The notes under the pieces were generated by a model, which was not told the origin of the DNA, searched no databases, and saw nothing but the letters and a program-made list of their open reading frames with translations. 64,000 nt of DNA, taken from Sphaerodactylus townsendi (Eukaryota). The DNA lies in assembly GCF_021028975.2 (NCBI RefSeq), contig NC_059430.1, positions 63,240,001-63,304,000 of the forward strand. The letters run 5' to 3'. A program made the position numbers and the translations under genes. Every line of letters starts with the position of its first letter. Position 1 is the stretch's first letter. This document shows, one piece after another, positions 27,796-39,838 of this stretch.

Positions 27796-27992
27796 CAGGT
27801 GCAGAGTGAGGGAAAACTGTGCTGTTACCCAGCTTAACAGTGTACGGACTTATTTTTATAGAGCAATGGGGAATTACTTGGCTTGGCAATGTGAGAGGCA
27901 GGCTGGGAGGGGATCTTTTTATGTATACCAGAAACAGCTTGAAACGTATCTGCAGAGAATTCACAAAAGAGAATTCACAAAAGAGAATTCAC

Positions 27993-28447
27993 GTCGGTCT
28001 CTGCGCTCGGCAGAGGCCAATTTACTGGAGATCCCCGCCCCCTCTATGATGCAGCTGGCCTCCACTAGGGCCAGGGCTTTTACGGCCCTGGCCCCTGCCT
28101 GATGGAATGCTCTCCCACCAGCTGTCCAGGCCCTGCGGGACCTAAACGAGTTCCGCAGGGCCTGCAAGACTGAGTTATTCCGCCGGGCTTTTGGGGAGGC
28201 CGGCTGCTGATAGGTGCCCATTAACAACTGAGATCCGCTGTTCCCCTCTCAGAGGAGTTGAGGAGTTAATGGTCGAACGCCATCTGTTTTTAATTGATTA
28301 TGAATTTGGAACGCTGCATTTTAACTGATATGAATTTTAATATTTTATTTTGTTTATCCGCTTGTTTATATTATGATGTAAACCGCCCTGAGCCCCTTGG
28401 GGGAGGGCGGTATAAAAGTGGAACAAATAAATAAATAAATAAAATAA
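27993..28447 (+). mobile_element. L2 LINE 3' end
   Basis: RRSLRSAEANLL...RARAFTALAPA.WNALP...FRRACKTELF, followed by the 3' UTR, the GCCCTGAGCC..GGGAGGGCGG stem-loop and a (TAAA)n tail. Confidence 0.9.
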
Positions 28448-28459
28448 AAGACCAAGTTG

Positions 28460-29340
28460 CAGTTTAAATATTTTTATATAAGTTTTGGTTGCAAACAATC
28501 ACATAGTAAGACGTCAAGGCACATACATGCAGTTCCTAAGTATATAGATAGGGTGGAAAAGATAGGTGGAATGATAGAATGGGAGTTTGGGGAAGCAGGG
28601 GACTTATACGTTGCCTAAATCAGCTGATGAAGATCTAGAAGAAGGCAAGGATTTCTATGCTAGCAAAGGAACCCAAGCGAAGGACGATATATCGTGTTTC
28701 ACACCAACTTAACCAAGGGAGGTTCAGGCTAGTAATGAGCACTGAGCTTAAGGTGTGAAGCTCTTTTATAGGGTGGATCGCTGGCTTGGCAGGAACCTCA
28801 AGCTTAGGTTTCGTTTTTCTGAAACTGCTTGGGATTTTCATGCTGGACTTGTGGGGCTTGAGCTAATTAGCAGCTCTATCTATTGTTCTAACTCCGGGAC
28901 AATGTGGCCAATTGTTCCTAGATTACATCGGTGATACCATGAATGGTTTATGCAGAGATGCTTAAGTATTCAGATTTAGCTGAGGCTTGAGTGATTTAGG
29001 AAGGGATTTTGTTGTTAGGGAGATCATATCTGAAAGGTGGGGGAAATGCAAGAAAGAAACAATTGTTTATGAAATGTTTTCTCAAGAGCATAGTGGCTTC
29101 CAACAGCAGCTTAGCGAGGTGTGGTATTCAGGAGATGTGCAGATTCCATTATGTCAATGGAGTACTCTGGTAGGGTGAGATAATCAAAGATGCATGTCCT
29201 TGTTATGAGACATCCAGATAGTATTGCCTGGAGTAACTCATAGATTAAATCTCTGCAAACAGACTGTTTTGCCTTAGGCTTGCTTTTGGCTGGACATTCT
29301 GCTATCCACCCATAAAACATGGAAACTGGCATTTTGCAGC
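28460..29340 (-). mobile_element. Possible decayed L1/Tx1-like ORF2 C-terminal remnant
   Basis: The minus strand gives broken motifs resembling YLTP..LH...CWK...H...C. Heavily degraded. Confidence 0.3.
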
Positions 29341-29965
29341 ACACAGTATGAGAAATAATATGAACTTCAATATTTTATAAGGCAGGGGATGAAGGCCAGG
29401 GTTACAGTGCCCAGGGCGTGTGCACACCCTACCCCCTCCTATGGTGCTGCCCACCCCACCCCATCACGCCCCCACCATGCCAAGCCATGCTCAGGCCACG
29501 CACCCACCGCAGTGCGCACCCAGGGCGTCACACACCCCTGCCCCATTGGTGCAATGCCACTGTTGAGGAGTAATAGGTTCAAGGTGAAGGAAAAGAGATT
29601 TTACCTTATGTCAGGAAAAACTTATTTGGAAGTTTTTAAACAGAGGCTGGATGGCTATGTTTAGGCAGCACAGGTGGAGTAGGTGGAGGAAAATGGATAA
29701 GAAGCTTTCCAATCATAGGCTATAGTGGAAATATTGGCCATAACCTCCTGATCTTCCCAACCAGTCACAAGGCTGCTCCAAGGAATATTCTGAACAGAAG
29801 GAAGCTTCTTTTTCCCTTATCAGATTCACAATGGAACTGTGGGAGCTAATTAACATGTCTGGGAAATTACCTTCAGTGGGGGAGGGGTAACTAACACCTA
29901 AGCAGGACAACCCTGCTCAACTTCTGAGATATGATGAGATGAGGCTAGCCTGGAGCATCCAGGTT

Positions 29966-31107
29966 CAGAGGCGTTCCTCCCATTGGGCAAAGTTTGCAGT
30001 TGCCCAGGGCACACCCTTGTGGGTGGCGCAAAAACTGCAGGTTCGTTTGTGGGATTTTTTGCATTTTCAGTGTTTTTCCATTTTTGGCCTGAAGAGGGTG
30101 CAGTTTTTAGGCTAGCAGCACCAATATTTCAGGGATGTTTTGGGAGACTCTCCTGATGCTATTACCCAGGTTTGGTGAAGTTTGGTCCAGGGGGTCCAAA
30201 GTTATGTACTCCTAAAGGGAGTTTCCAATGGGAGCTAATAGGAGACGGACCTTTGAGGGTCCATAACTTTGGACCCCCTGAACCAAAATTCACCAAACCT
30301 GGGTGGTATCATCAGGAGATTCTCCTAATGATTTGGTGCTGAAAGTTTGGTGCTGCTAGCTTAACAATTGCACCCCTGACAGCAGGCACTCCCCAAATTT
30401 CCCCAGATTTTCCTTTTAAATCCCCCCCTTTGGCATGGATTTAAAGGGAGAATCTGAGGTCCCCAGTTTAAACATTGAAAGTGATGCTGCTTCAGGGTGG
30501 GGGAGAATCAACCCCAAAATAGCATCACTTTCAATGTTGTTTAAACTGGGAACCCCAGATTCTGAGGTGGATTTAAAAGGAGAATCTGGGTTCCCTAGTT
30601 TAAACACCATTGAAAATGATGCTGTTTGGGAGTGGATTCCAGCATGACTTGTTTAAACTAGGGAGCCCAGATTCTCCTTTTAAATCCACCTCAAAGGGAG
30701 AATCTGGGGTTCCCAGTTTAAATAACATTGAAAGTGATGCTGTTTCCCCCAATTGGGGGTACTGGATAAAACACCATAAAATGTTTTCATAGAAGTAATA
30801 AAACATTTTGAAAGCATTTTGAAAATGTTTTTTTAAAGTATTTCTGCTGTGTGCCATGGCCTATTGCTATGTTCAGATTTGTGAGTTGGGGCATGTTCTA
30901 TAATGTGATGGTGACTTTGAAACGACCTGGTGTAAAAAATCATTGCTTGGTCACAGTGGGGGGCACGAAATTCCAGTTTGCCTAGATACGCCACTGGATG
31001 TAGCTACAAGGGGGCGGAAGGGGGCGTGTTGCACTGAGCACGCATCTGGGGGGAAGCATCAAACTCAGGTTTTGCCCAGGGCTCCAGTTTGCCTAGTTAC
31101 ACCACTG
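29966..31107. mobile_element. Composite non-autonomous hAT-type element, copy 2
   Basis: Same termini (CAGAGGCGTTCCTCCCATTGGG...ACACCACTG) and body as 22089-23400, with one fewer hairpin unit. No clear TSD. Confidence 0.85.
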
Positions 31108-32200
31108 CAGGGCATATACACATATGCATACATCATCTTCTCTTCTTGTCATGATAATAAACACTTTAACCAACTGAGACATTACTTCTACAAATAACAA
31201 TTTAGAAAGCAAATTCATTTAACAAAACACTTGCTGTTTCTATACAACCAAAAGGCAAGCCAAACAGGTTTTACAAGACTTCTACTCAGGGCTATCCTAT
31301 GTTCTAAATTACCAATCAAGTGAAAGACTTGTAGAGTATAATAGATGAAAATATGGAGTGTGAACAAACTCATCCAAAAAGGGTCTTTAACTGAAACTAG
31401 CAATTGGTAATATTTTATGTTTCATGTTGATAAGTGCCAAACCATAAAGCAAGAGAGGCATGTCATCCCTCCTGCAAGGGAAGGGGAGTGAGGGCGGGGG
31501 GAGAGGAGTGAGTGACCATTTTAATACTATCTATAAACTATTTATACATAATACACAATTTTAAAGCCAGGGTTGTGCCATTTTATATTCTAATAGCAAA
31601 GCTGGCCAAATCTTTAGATAGTTAAATCTGGTTTGGAGGCATTATATCCTGTATCTTCCCAGACCTCACACTCATTTGAGGAGACTGATCTGTGTAGTGA
31701 AGAGATACATTGTGATTGCAGGAGATCTCCAGCCCCTATCCTGCACAATCCTAGAAGCAAAGAAGGAAGCAGGAAATGGAAGAGGAAATAGTGGGAGAGA
31801 TAGAAATTAGATGCCTTCTGCAAGTCATTGCAGATTCCTACTCGTTCATGCAAACTCAACAAAAGCCTGGGGTCAATTTTAATGGTACTATTACTATTAA
31901 ATATAGCGAGGAAAAATGACCACATTTTCATCCCAAGTATGGAAAACCTATGTCAAAAAACCAGAAGTTTTGAATAAGACCAATAGTGTCATAAAAGTTG
32001 GTAGCTTCCCTAATCTACAATCACATATTGGGCACCCTGAGCAAACAACATGAAGAAATCTATTTAACTAGAACTGTTTAACTCTAACTAGCAATTTTGA
32101 ATATTGAAGTCACTGTGCCAGAAGCAGAATGGGCCAACATCTGAATATTCAGATCCTTTCCACATTGAAATCCATTGTTTATGATGTATAAAATTGGACT

Positions 32201-33228
32201 TTATTATTATTTTATTTATTATTAGTTTTATATACCGCCCTCCCCCTGAGGGCTCAAGGCGGTTCACAACAGGTTAAAACAAACATTAAAACATAATTTA
32301 ATATCAATTATATAAAAACAGAACCCATTTTAAAATGTGGATGGCGTCTGACTACTTCCCTCCCCCCCTTGTGCCCACGGGAGGCCAGATGAAATGGTAG
32401 ACTTTTTTTTTAACCAGGCTGGCCAAACGCCTGGCGGAACAGGTCTGTCTTGCAGGCCCTGCAGAAACTCTGTAAGTCCCGCAGGGCCCTGATCTCCCTA
32501 GGGAGGCTGCTCCACCAGGTAGGGGCCAGGGCTGAAAAGGCCCTGCCCCTCGTCGAGGCCAGCCAGATCATTTTGGGACCAGGGATCACGAGTAGGTCCT
32601 CCTCCGAGGAGCGGAGGGGCCTACCGGGGCAATATGGGGAGAGGCCGTCCCTCAGGTATGCAGGTCCGAGACCGCGAACAGCTTTGAAGGTCAAAACCAA
32701 CACTTTAAACATAATCCGGAACTCAATCGGCAGCCAGTGCAGATGGTATAGGATCGGTGTAATATGATCCCTGCTTTAACTGCCAGTAAGCAGCCTGGCT
32801 GCTGCATTCTGAATGAGTTTTAATTTCTGGATCATGGCCAAAGGGAAGCCCGCGTAAAGCGAGTTGCAGTAGTCTAACCTGGAGGTGACCTTTGCATGGA
32901 TCACCGTTGCTAGATCAGAACGGGAGAGGTACGGGGCCAGTTGCCGTGCCTGCCGCAGATGGTAAAAAGCTGTCTGGGCCATCCGGGTGACCTGGGCCTT
33001 CAGCGACAAAGCCGGATCCAGGATCACCCCTAGGCTTTTGGCTGATGAGGCAAGCTGAAGCACCTCACCATGCAGCATAGGCAGGCCAAAGGGCTCTGGA
33101 CACTCTCCCCGACCCAGCCACAGGACCTCTGTCTTTGTAGGATTTAACTTCAGCCGACTTGCACTCAACCAACCAGCAACAGCGTCTAAACAATGCTGGA
33201 GAGCATCAGGGGTCGAAGACGGGTGGCT
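32201..33228 (-). mobile_element. L2 LINE, 5'-truncated
   Basis: ORFs 32776..33168 (RLKLNPTKTEVL, SRLDYCNSLY, IQNAAARLLTG) and 32410..32712 (FKVLVLTFKA..GPAYL). A (TAAA)-type tail lies at 32201. Confidence 0.93.
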
Positions 33229-35409
33229 TGAAATAGGATTTCATCTTTAAACTTCCTGTCTGCATCCATTGTACCAATGATTTGTATCTCTAACATAAAG
33301 CAGAGAGATGCGCATTGGAAACACTGAACAATTTATATAAATTTACTTAATCTATGTGAAAAAACAGCAACAAAAAATATGGAAGATCATTCAGCTAAAT
33401 TCTACTTTGGATATGTAGGTATCTTGTGTCTTCTGTGGATCTTGTCCATACGGCTTTGAATAATTAATGTTTATCTCATAACAGCAGTTTTTAATGTGTC
33501 ATTCTAAATAATCAGATCTGCATGAGTTTTAGGTAGGTTTATTCTGTAAGTTTGATTTAATTCCAGAAACCTCTCTCTCTTCCTTTTTGTCAGCAGTCAA
33601 GAAGTCTGAGTCATGATTGCATCTTTTTGACAAAAATTAGAATAACATTTTGTTTCTAATGTATGTAATTTCAGTATCTTTTTGAACAAGGAAAGAAAAA
33701 GCTGAGTAAGAACTCAGGATATGCCATTTCTGCATGAATTATTTGTAATGTATCTTGCTCCCAAATGCTATTTTTCTTTTGAATTCCACAAGTTTTTCCC
33801 CACATTTCGTTCTGGAAACATTGTTTTCCTGAGCTCTTTATCTCTCTCTGTGTGTTTTTTTCTGGTCCATTTCAGAGTCAGCTTCTCTTGAATATGCAAT
33901 CATATTGAAACAGTCTTTATTTCTCTACCCCACCAAAACCTTTGCCCTTATCCATGCCCCATATAGTTGTTCAACCTCCCCTTTAGACATTTTATCCTCT
34001 CTCTCCTCCTCCATTTTAAAAAGGAATGTTTAGATGGTTTCTCTTTGTCATATCGAATTAATGATGTAACATAGAGGCAGAGATACAAAGAAAAAGGGTT
34101 GATTGGATCATTTTTTAATACTGAAGTCACTGTGCCAGAAGCAGAATGGGCCAACATCTGAATATTCATATCCTTTCCACATGGAAATCCATTGTTTATG
34201 ATGTATAAAATTGGACTCCAATCATGATCTTCACCCATTGCCTGTTCTATGGAGGCACTGCTTCTGCAGCCATTGGAGGCAGCAGGGCTGGAGTGGTATT
34301 CTGCTTGTCATTGTAGGTCAGCGCATGAGAAAGGCCCTGGGCCTGGACAGCCTTGAAACTGAGGATGCCTCGCCTTGGGGCACTGGGGCCAGGCCATGCA
34401 ACATACATGTGTGTATGTACATGCATGCCCACACTCTGACATGGCCTCTTCAGCACCATGTGCCTATTTGCTGCCTTGCTTTCTCAGCACCATTGTTATG
34501 GGTCAAAGAGGAAAGGCAGCATCACAAGCTCTGTGCACAGCTGCTCAACGGGCAGCTGTCCCTGAAGCCTCTGGGTGCTTCAGCAGCCCCCACCTCCTTT
34601 GCCTACCACCCAGGGCAGCTTGCTTTCCCAAGAACTCTAGATCCTTACCCTCCATAAATCCAGAATTGCAGGGAAAATATTCTATCAGCTCAATGTGGCT
34701 GCATTCACAAATACATAGCTATTAAACGCGCTACAGCTTTAAATCGGGAAGGGATATGGACACTATTTTTTCCTTTTGCAGCCATGTGGATTTCTCAAAT
34801 GGAGTTGCTAGTAAGTTTCTAGCATACATGACTTTGCTGAAAGCACATTATAGGTCCATTCATTTTACCTTCAAATGTGGTTGATGATAAAGCTTCCATT
34901 CCATATCTCTGCAGCCAAACCCTGATATTTCATTTGCATCCATTTTTTAAAAAGAAGAAAACATCAAGCAGATGAAATATAAAACAGACAATTATGCATA
35001 TAAAGAAATGGTTTGAACTAATGAGAATTGCTCCCTGTATGCAGAGGATGAACACATAATAGAACTATCGAAGTCTCTTTTTCCCTTGAAATAACTGAGA
35101 TAATTCAGTTGACAGTTACTTGGAGAGATCCTGTTATATTAGCAAGCTGTGCAACATGAAAGTGTCGATAAAATGTTTTTTTAAAGAACAAAAACTGCAT
35201 GAATAGGTTTCCAAAAGCATTTGATTTAAATGCAAACCATTTGTTGGGCACTGATATCAAACCTGCTTGTCTTTTATTTTTTAGGATATCCTTGTTCTCA
35301 CAAAATGCTATAATATAAGGCCAGAGTAAATAGCCCTCAGAAGTAATTACTTTCATGCACAAATTAACCTTTGCTGAGATTATTTTAAAAGGTGTGGGAG
35401 GTAAAGTAA

Positions 35410-36336
35410 CAAAGAATATAAGAACATAAGAACGAGCCTGCTGGATCAGACCAGAGTTCATCTAGTCCAGCACTCTGCTACTTGCAGTGGCCCACCAGAT
35501 GCATTTGGGAGCTCACATGTAGGATGTGAACGCAATGGCCTTCTGCTGCTGCTGCTGCTGCTGCTGCTCTCCAACACCTGGTCTGCTAAGGCATTTGCAA
35601 TCTCAGATCAAGGAGGATCAAGATTGGTAGCCACAGATCAACTTCATAAATTTGTCCAAGCCCCTTTTAAAGCTATCCAGGTTAGTGGCCCTCACCACCT
35701 CCTGCGGCAGCATATTCCAAATACCAATCACATGTTGCGTGAAAAAATGTTTCCTTTTATTAGTCCTAATTCTTCCCCCCAGCATTTTCAATGTATGCCC
35801 CCTGGTTCTAGCATTGTGAGAAAGAGAGAAAAATTTCCACCCCCTCAGACATTTCCTCTCCAAACTAAAGAGTCCCAAACACTGCAGCCTTTCATCATAA
35901 GGAAGGTGCTCCAATCCCTCAAGCATCCTCATTGCCCTTCTCTGCACTTTTTCTATCTCTTCGATATCCTTTTTGAGATGTGGCAACCAGAACTGAACAC
36001 AGTACGCCAAGTGCGATCGCACCACTGCTTTATATAAGGGCATGACAAACTTTGCAGTTTTATTATCAATTCCTTTCCTAATTATCCCCAGTGTAGAGTT
36101 TGCCTTTTTCACAGCTGCCATGCATTGAGTCAACATTCCCATGGAACTATTAACTAAGATGCCCAAATCCCCTTCCTGGTCTGTGACTGATAGCACTGAC
36201 CCTGTAGTGTGTATGTGAAGTTTGGATTTTTTGCCGCTATGTGCATTACTTTACATTTTGCTACATTGAACTGCATTTGCCATTTCTTAGCCCACTCATC
36301 TAATTTATAAAGGTCTGCTTGGAGCTCTTCGCAATC
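35410..36336 (-). mobile_element. CR1 LINE 3' fragment, same subfamily as 11120-16160
   Basis: ORF 35618..36196 is the CR1 ORF2 C-terminus. Its 3' UTR and tail closely match 15780-16160; it carries a (GCT)n expansion at ~35544-35568. Confidence 0.93.
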
Positions 36337-38326
36337 ACCATCAAACAGATAAGATGGTCCCTATAAATGTATTGCAACTGTTGTGCTTTTCTATTGCAAA
36401 CTGGTGTTACTCAACTGGACTTACTTTCAATTATACCTCAAACAAATCTGGAACTTATAACTAAACTGCCCATTTAACAGAACCTTATATATGCAGGGGA
36501 CTTGGTTATGAAAAAATACTATAGTCATACATGAAAGTTGGTTTCAGTGGAATTACCCCCCTTCTTGGTTTCCCATCTGAACTGGACAAACCCACAGAGG
36601 AACTGCAGGAAAACACATTCCCAGTTGCAGGTCGTACACGTGTAGAATAAAGGGGTCTTAGTTTTCCCTTTTAGAAGCAACAAAAGGCTTTAAAGGTTTA
36701 ACATTCAATTCCATGGTGGGGTTTTAATTATATTTATTTTTAATAGTATAAATCATTTGTTGGAAACTACCCTGAGCCTGACTTGTTGGGAAATGTTGGG
36801 GTAAAAGTCGAATAAACAAACAGGAAAATGTTCCAGATAGGCAGGAGCATTAAGTGAGGAAATTTGACCCTGCTGATACTTAGCTTGAAAGACAGTAGCA
36901 CAAAGAAAAGACAGATTTGCAGGGCAAAGAAATATCCTTTCTTTTTACTTCTCTGATGCTGTCCTTTGGATGTATATATTGCTACTGTCAGGAGATCTTC
37001 CTGCCTTTAGACTGATACTTTCTTTCCCCACCCCCTTCTCTATACTGGCATACATGAGGGCAGGACATGCCTTCTGCATCTCTATGCATCCTAGCTAGTT
37101 AGTCTAGATTAGAATCTGTCTATTTTCTATCTTGTCCGGCTTGGAGTTCCTTACAATGCAGGACTTCTTAGTTTTGCTATGATAAAGAGGTTCCATGTGT
37201 AACTTTGTTTCCTAGCAGCACAGATGGGCTTTGCTGCGTTGTGTGCCTTGAGCACTCTGCTAACCTAATATTTTAACAGTGACTAAGAGTGGCATGCCTC
37301 TACCATGTACAGTTAGCTGTGGCAGTGTGCCTTATAAGCTTTATGGCTTTTATCCTTCCAATCCTCTCAGCAAAGTGGAAGTCTTCTTTCAGCCTAAAGA
37401 GCTTTGCTCAGACAGAAGTAGCTTTTCCTCAGATTTACCGCTACTTCTGTAGACTGGAGGAAGGCTTCCAAATTTACTAAGCAGATTGCTAGGATTCAAG
37501 CCAATTTTTGAAGACATTGCAATTGGCTGGCAGCACAGAAATATAATCCAGCTTCACTTGACAAGGGCACAGAACCATTCCAGCAAGTTAAAGCCATTCT
37601 GTATGCCCCTAAACCATTCAGATTATGAATGGCTCAAGTGTGTGCGAACTCAAGTGTGTGCGAACAAATAGCACAATCCGTGATGACCACATATATTTAT
37701 TCCAGAACAAACCACGTGTGCAAAAAAGCCCATATATAGAGGTTCAGGATAACCCTTAGTAGTAGCTGGTTGTCCTAAACAGTTGGTCAAGCCAATAACT
37801 TAACTATAAGCAGTCTGTTTCAAACCTGCTGTTACCAGATGGACCACTGACTTTAGAGTGAGCACACCCCAAAATGTAAGTGTAAGCATGACATTGCCTG
37901 TCTGCTTGACTAATAATCATTGTGATAAATCTTTCTGCCTAACGTTTCTTTAACTTATTTGAATTGTAGTTTCCTTGATCATGCTAATCTTTCATAATAC
38001 AAATGTAAGATCCCCCCCCACACACATTTCTCTAGTTTCTCTAATTTCAAAAAAGGTAAAAAACCTCAAGAAACCTGAAAATACTACCTAGTATTCTCTA
38101 GACTTGTTCTTTTCTTTCTTGATTAATTATAATAGTTATGGAATTGGATGTTCCATAATTATCATAATTAACAGCAAAACAAAACAAATTCACCATCTAA
38201 GCATTCTATTACCAAAAAAGTCTTGTGTTATTTTTTTTGTTATTGCACAGCTTAATAGTAGATATATTGAAATGGACCAATAAGTGTGCGTCTTAGCAAG
38301 ACACGTGATGCAGAGTGGTATGATGC

Positions 38327-39477
38327 CAAGGACGTAGGTAAGGGGGGTTCTCTGGTTCAACCCCCCCCCCCACATTACATGTCCGAAGCTCCACCCCCCG
38401 TTTGTGGGTTTTTGTATTTTTAAATGTTTTTTTTTGGCTTGCAGGGGATGCAGTTTTTAGCACCATAATTTCAGGGATTTGTTGGGAGACTCTTCTGATG
38501 ATGGTGAGGTTTGGTTCAGTGGGTCCAAAGTTATGGAATCCCAAAGGGAGTGCCTCTATCCCCATTGTTTCCAATGGGAGCTAATAAGAGATAGGGCTTC
38601 ACCTTTGAGGGTCCATAACTTTGAACCCCCTGAACCAAAATTCACAAAAACAAGGTGGTATAATCAGAGTAGTCCTCTTCTGATACCACCCAGGTTTGGT
38701 GAGGTTTGGTTCAGGGGGTCCAACATTATGGACTCCCAAAGGGGGTGCCCCATCCCCCATTGTTTCTAATGGGAGCTAATAAAAGATGGGGGCTACATCT
38801 TTGAGGGTCCATAACTTTGGACCCCCAAAACCAAACATCACCAAACCTGGGTGGTATCATCAGGAGAGTCTCCTAAAGATACCCTGAAAGTTTGGTGCTG
38901 ATAGATCAACAATTGCACTCCTGACAGCAGGCATCCCCCAAAAAAATTTCCCCAGATTCTCCTTTAAAATCCAACCCCTTCGGCATGGATTTAAAGGGAG
39001 AATCTGAGGTCCCCAGTTTAAACATTGAAAGTGAAGGTGTTTCAGGGTGGGGGATAATCCACCCCAAAACAGCATAACTTTCAATGTTGTTGTAACTGGG
39101 GACCCCAGATTCTCCCTTTAAGGTGGATTTAAAAGGAGAATCTGGACTCCCTAGTTTAACCACCATTGAAAGTGATGCTGCTTGGGGATGGATTCCAGCA
39201 TCATAGTGGCCGCCCATGGGGGGTGGGGGCACACAAACTCAGATTTTGCACTGGGCTCCATTTTCCCTTGCTATGCCCCTACCCAAGGGGGAGGGCAGAA
39301 GGGACTGCTGGCTGCTGGCTGGGAGCCCAGCGGGGAGGGGGAAGCAGTGGGGCAGGGGAGTCTGCCATCCCTGGCCTCAGAAAGCTGGCTTGGGAAGGCA
39401 TAACCAAACCCCTAGGGGTGGGTGGGGGCATGGCCCTGCCCTCGAACCCCCCATAAAAATCTATACCTACGTCACTG
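38327..39477. mobile_element. Non-autonomous DNA element sharing its body with 22089 and 29966 but with different termini
   Basis: TIR-like ends CAAGGACGTAGGTA / TACCTACGTCACTG. The internal region ~38400-39200 is homologous to copies 1 and 2. Confidence 0.78.
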
Positions 39478-39482
39478 ACTCT

Positions 39483-39838
39483 GGGGATGGGCTGCAACTG
39501 AGTTTAGGAGCATCTGCAGAAGGCTCCAGGCTCAATCCCTGGAATCTCCGGCTAAAAGAATCAGGTGGTGGGTGATGTGAAAGACCTTTACTCAAGGCTC
39601 CAGAGCTACTGCCAGTTTGAGTAGACCCGTGGTGGCGAACCTATGGCACTCCAGATGTTCATGGACTACAATTACCATCAGCCCCTGCCAGCATGGCCAA
39701 TTAGCCATGCTGGCAGGGGCTGATGGGAATTGTAGTCCATGAACATCTGGAGTGCCATAGATTCGCCACCACTGGAGTAGACAATACTAACCTTGATGGA
39801 CCAGTGGTCTGATTCAGTATCAGGCAGTTTCATGTGTG
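39483..39838 (+). mobile_element. tRNA-derived SINE interrupted by a MITE
   Basis: tRNA-like head (GAGCATCTGCAGAAGGCTCCAGGCTCAATCCC). The body resumes after the MITE's duplicated GAGTAGAC. Confidence 0.7.
39627..39774. mobile_element. Palindromic 148-bp hAT MITE
   Basis: Near-perfect fold-back centred on GGCCAATTAGCC, with an exact 8-bp TSD GAGTAGAC. Confidence 0.92.
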
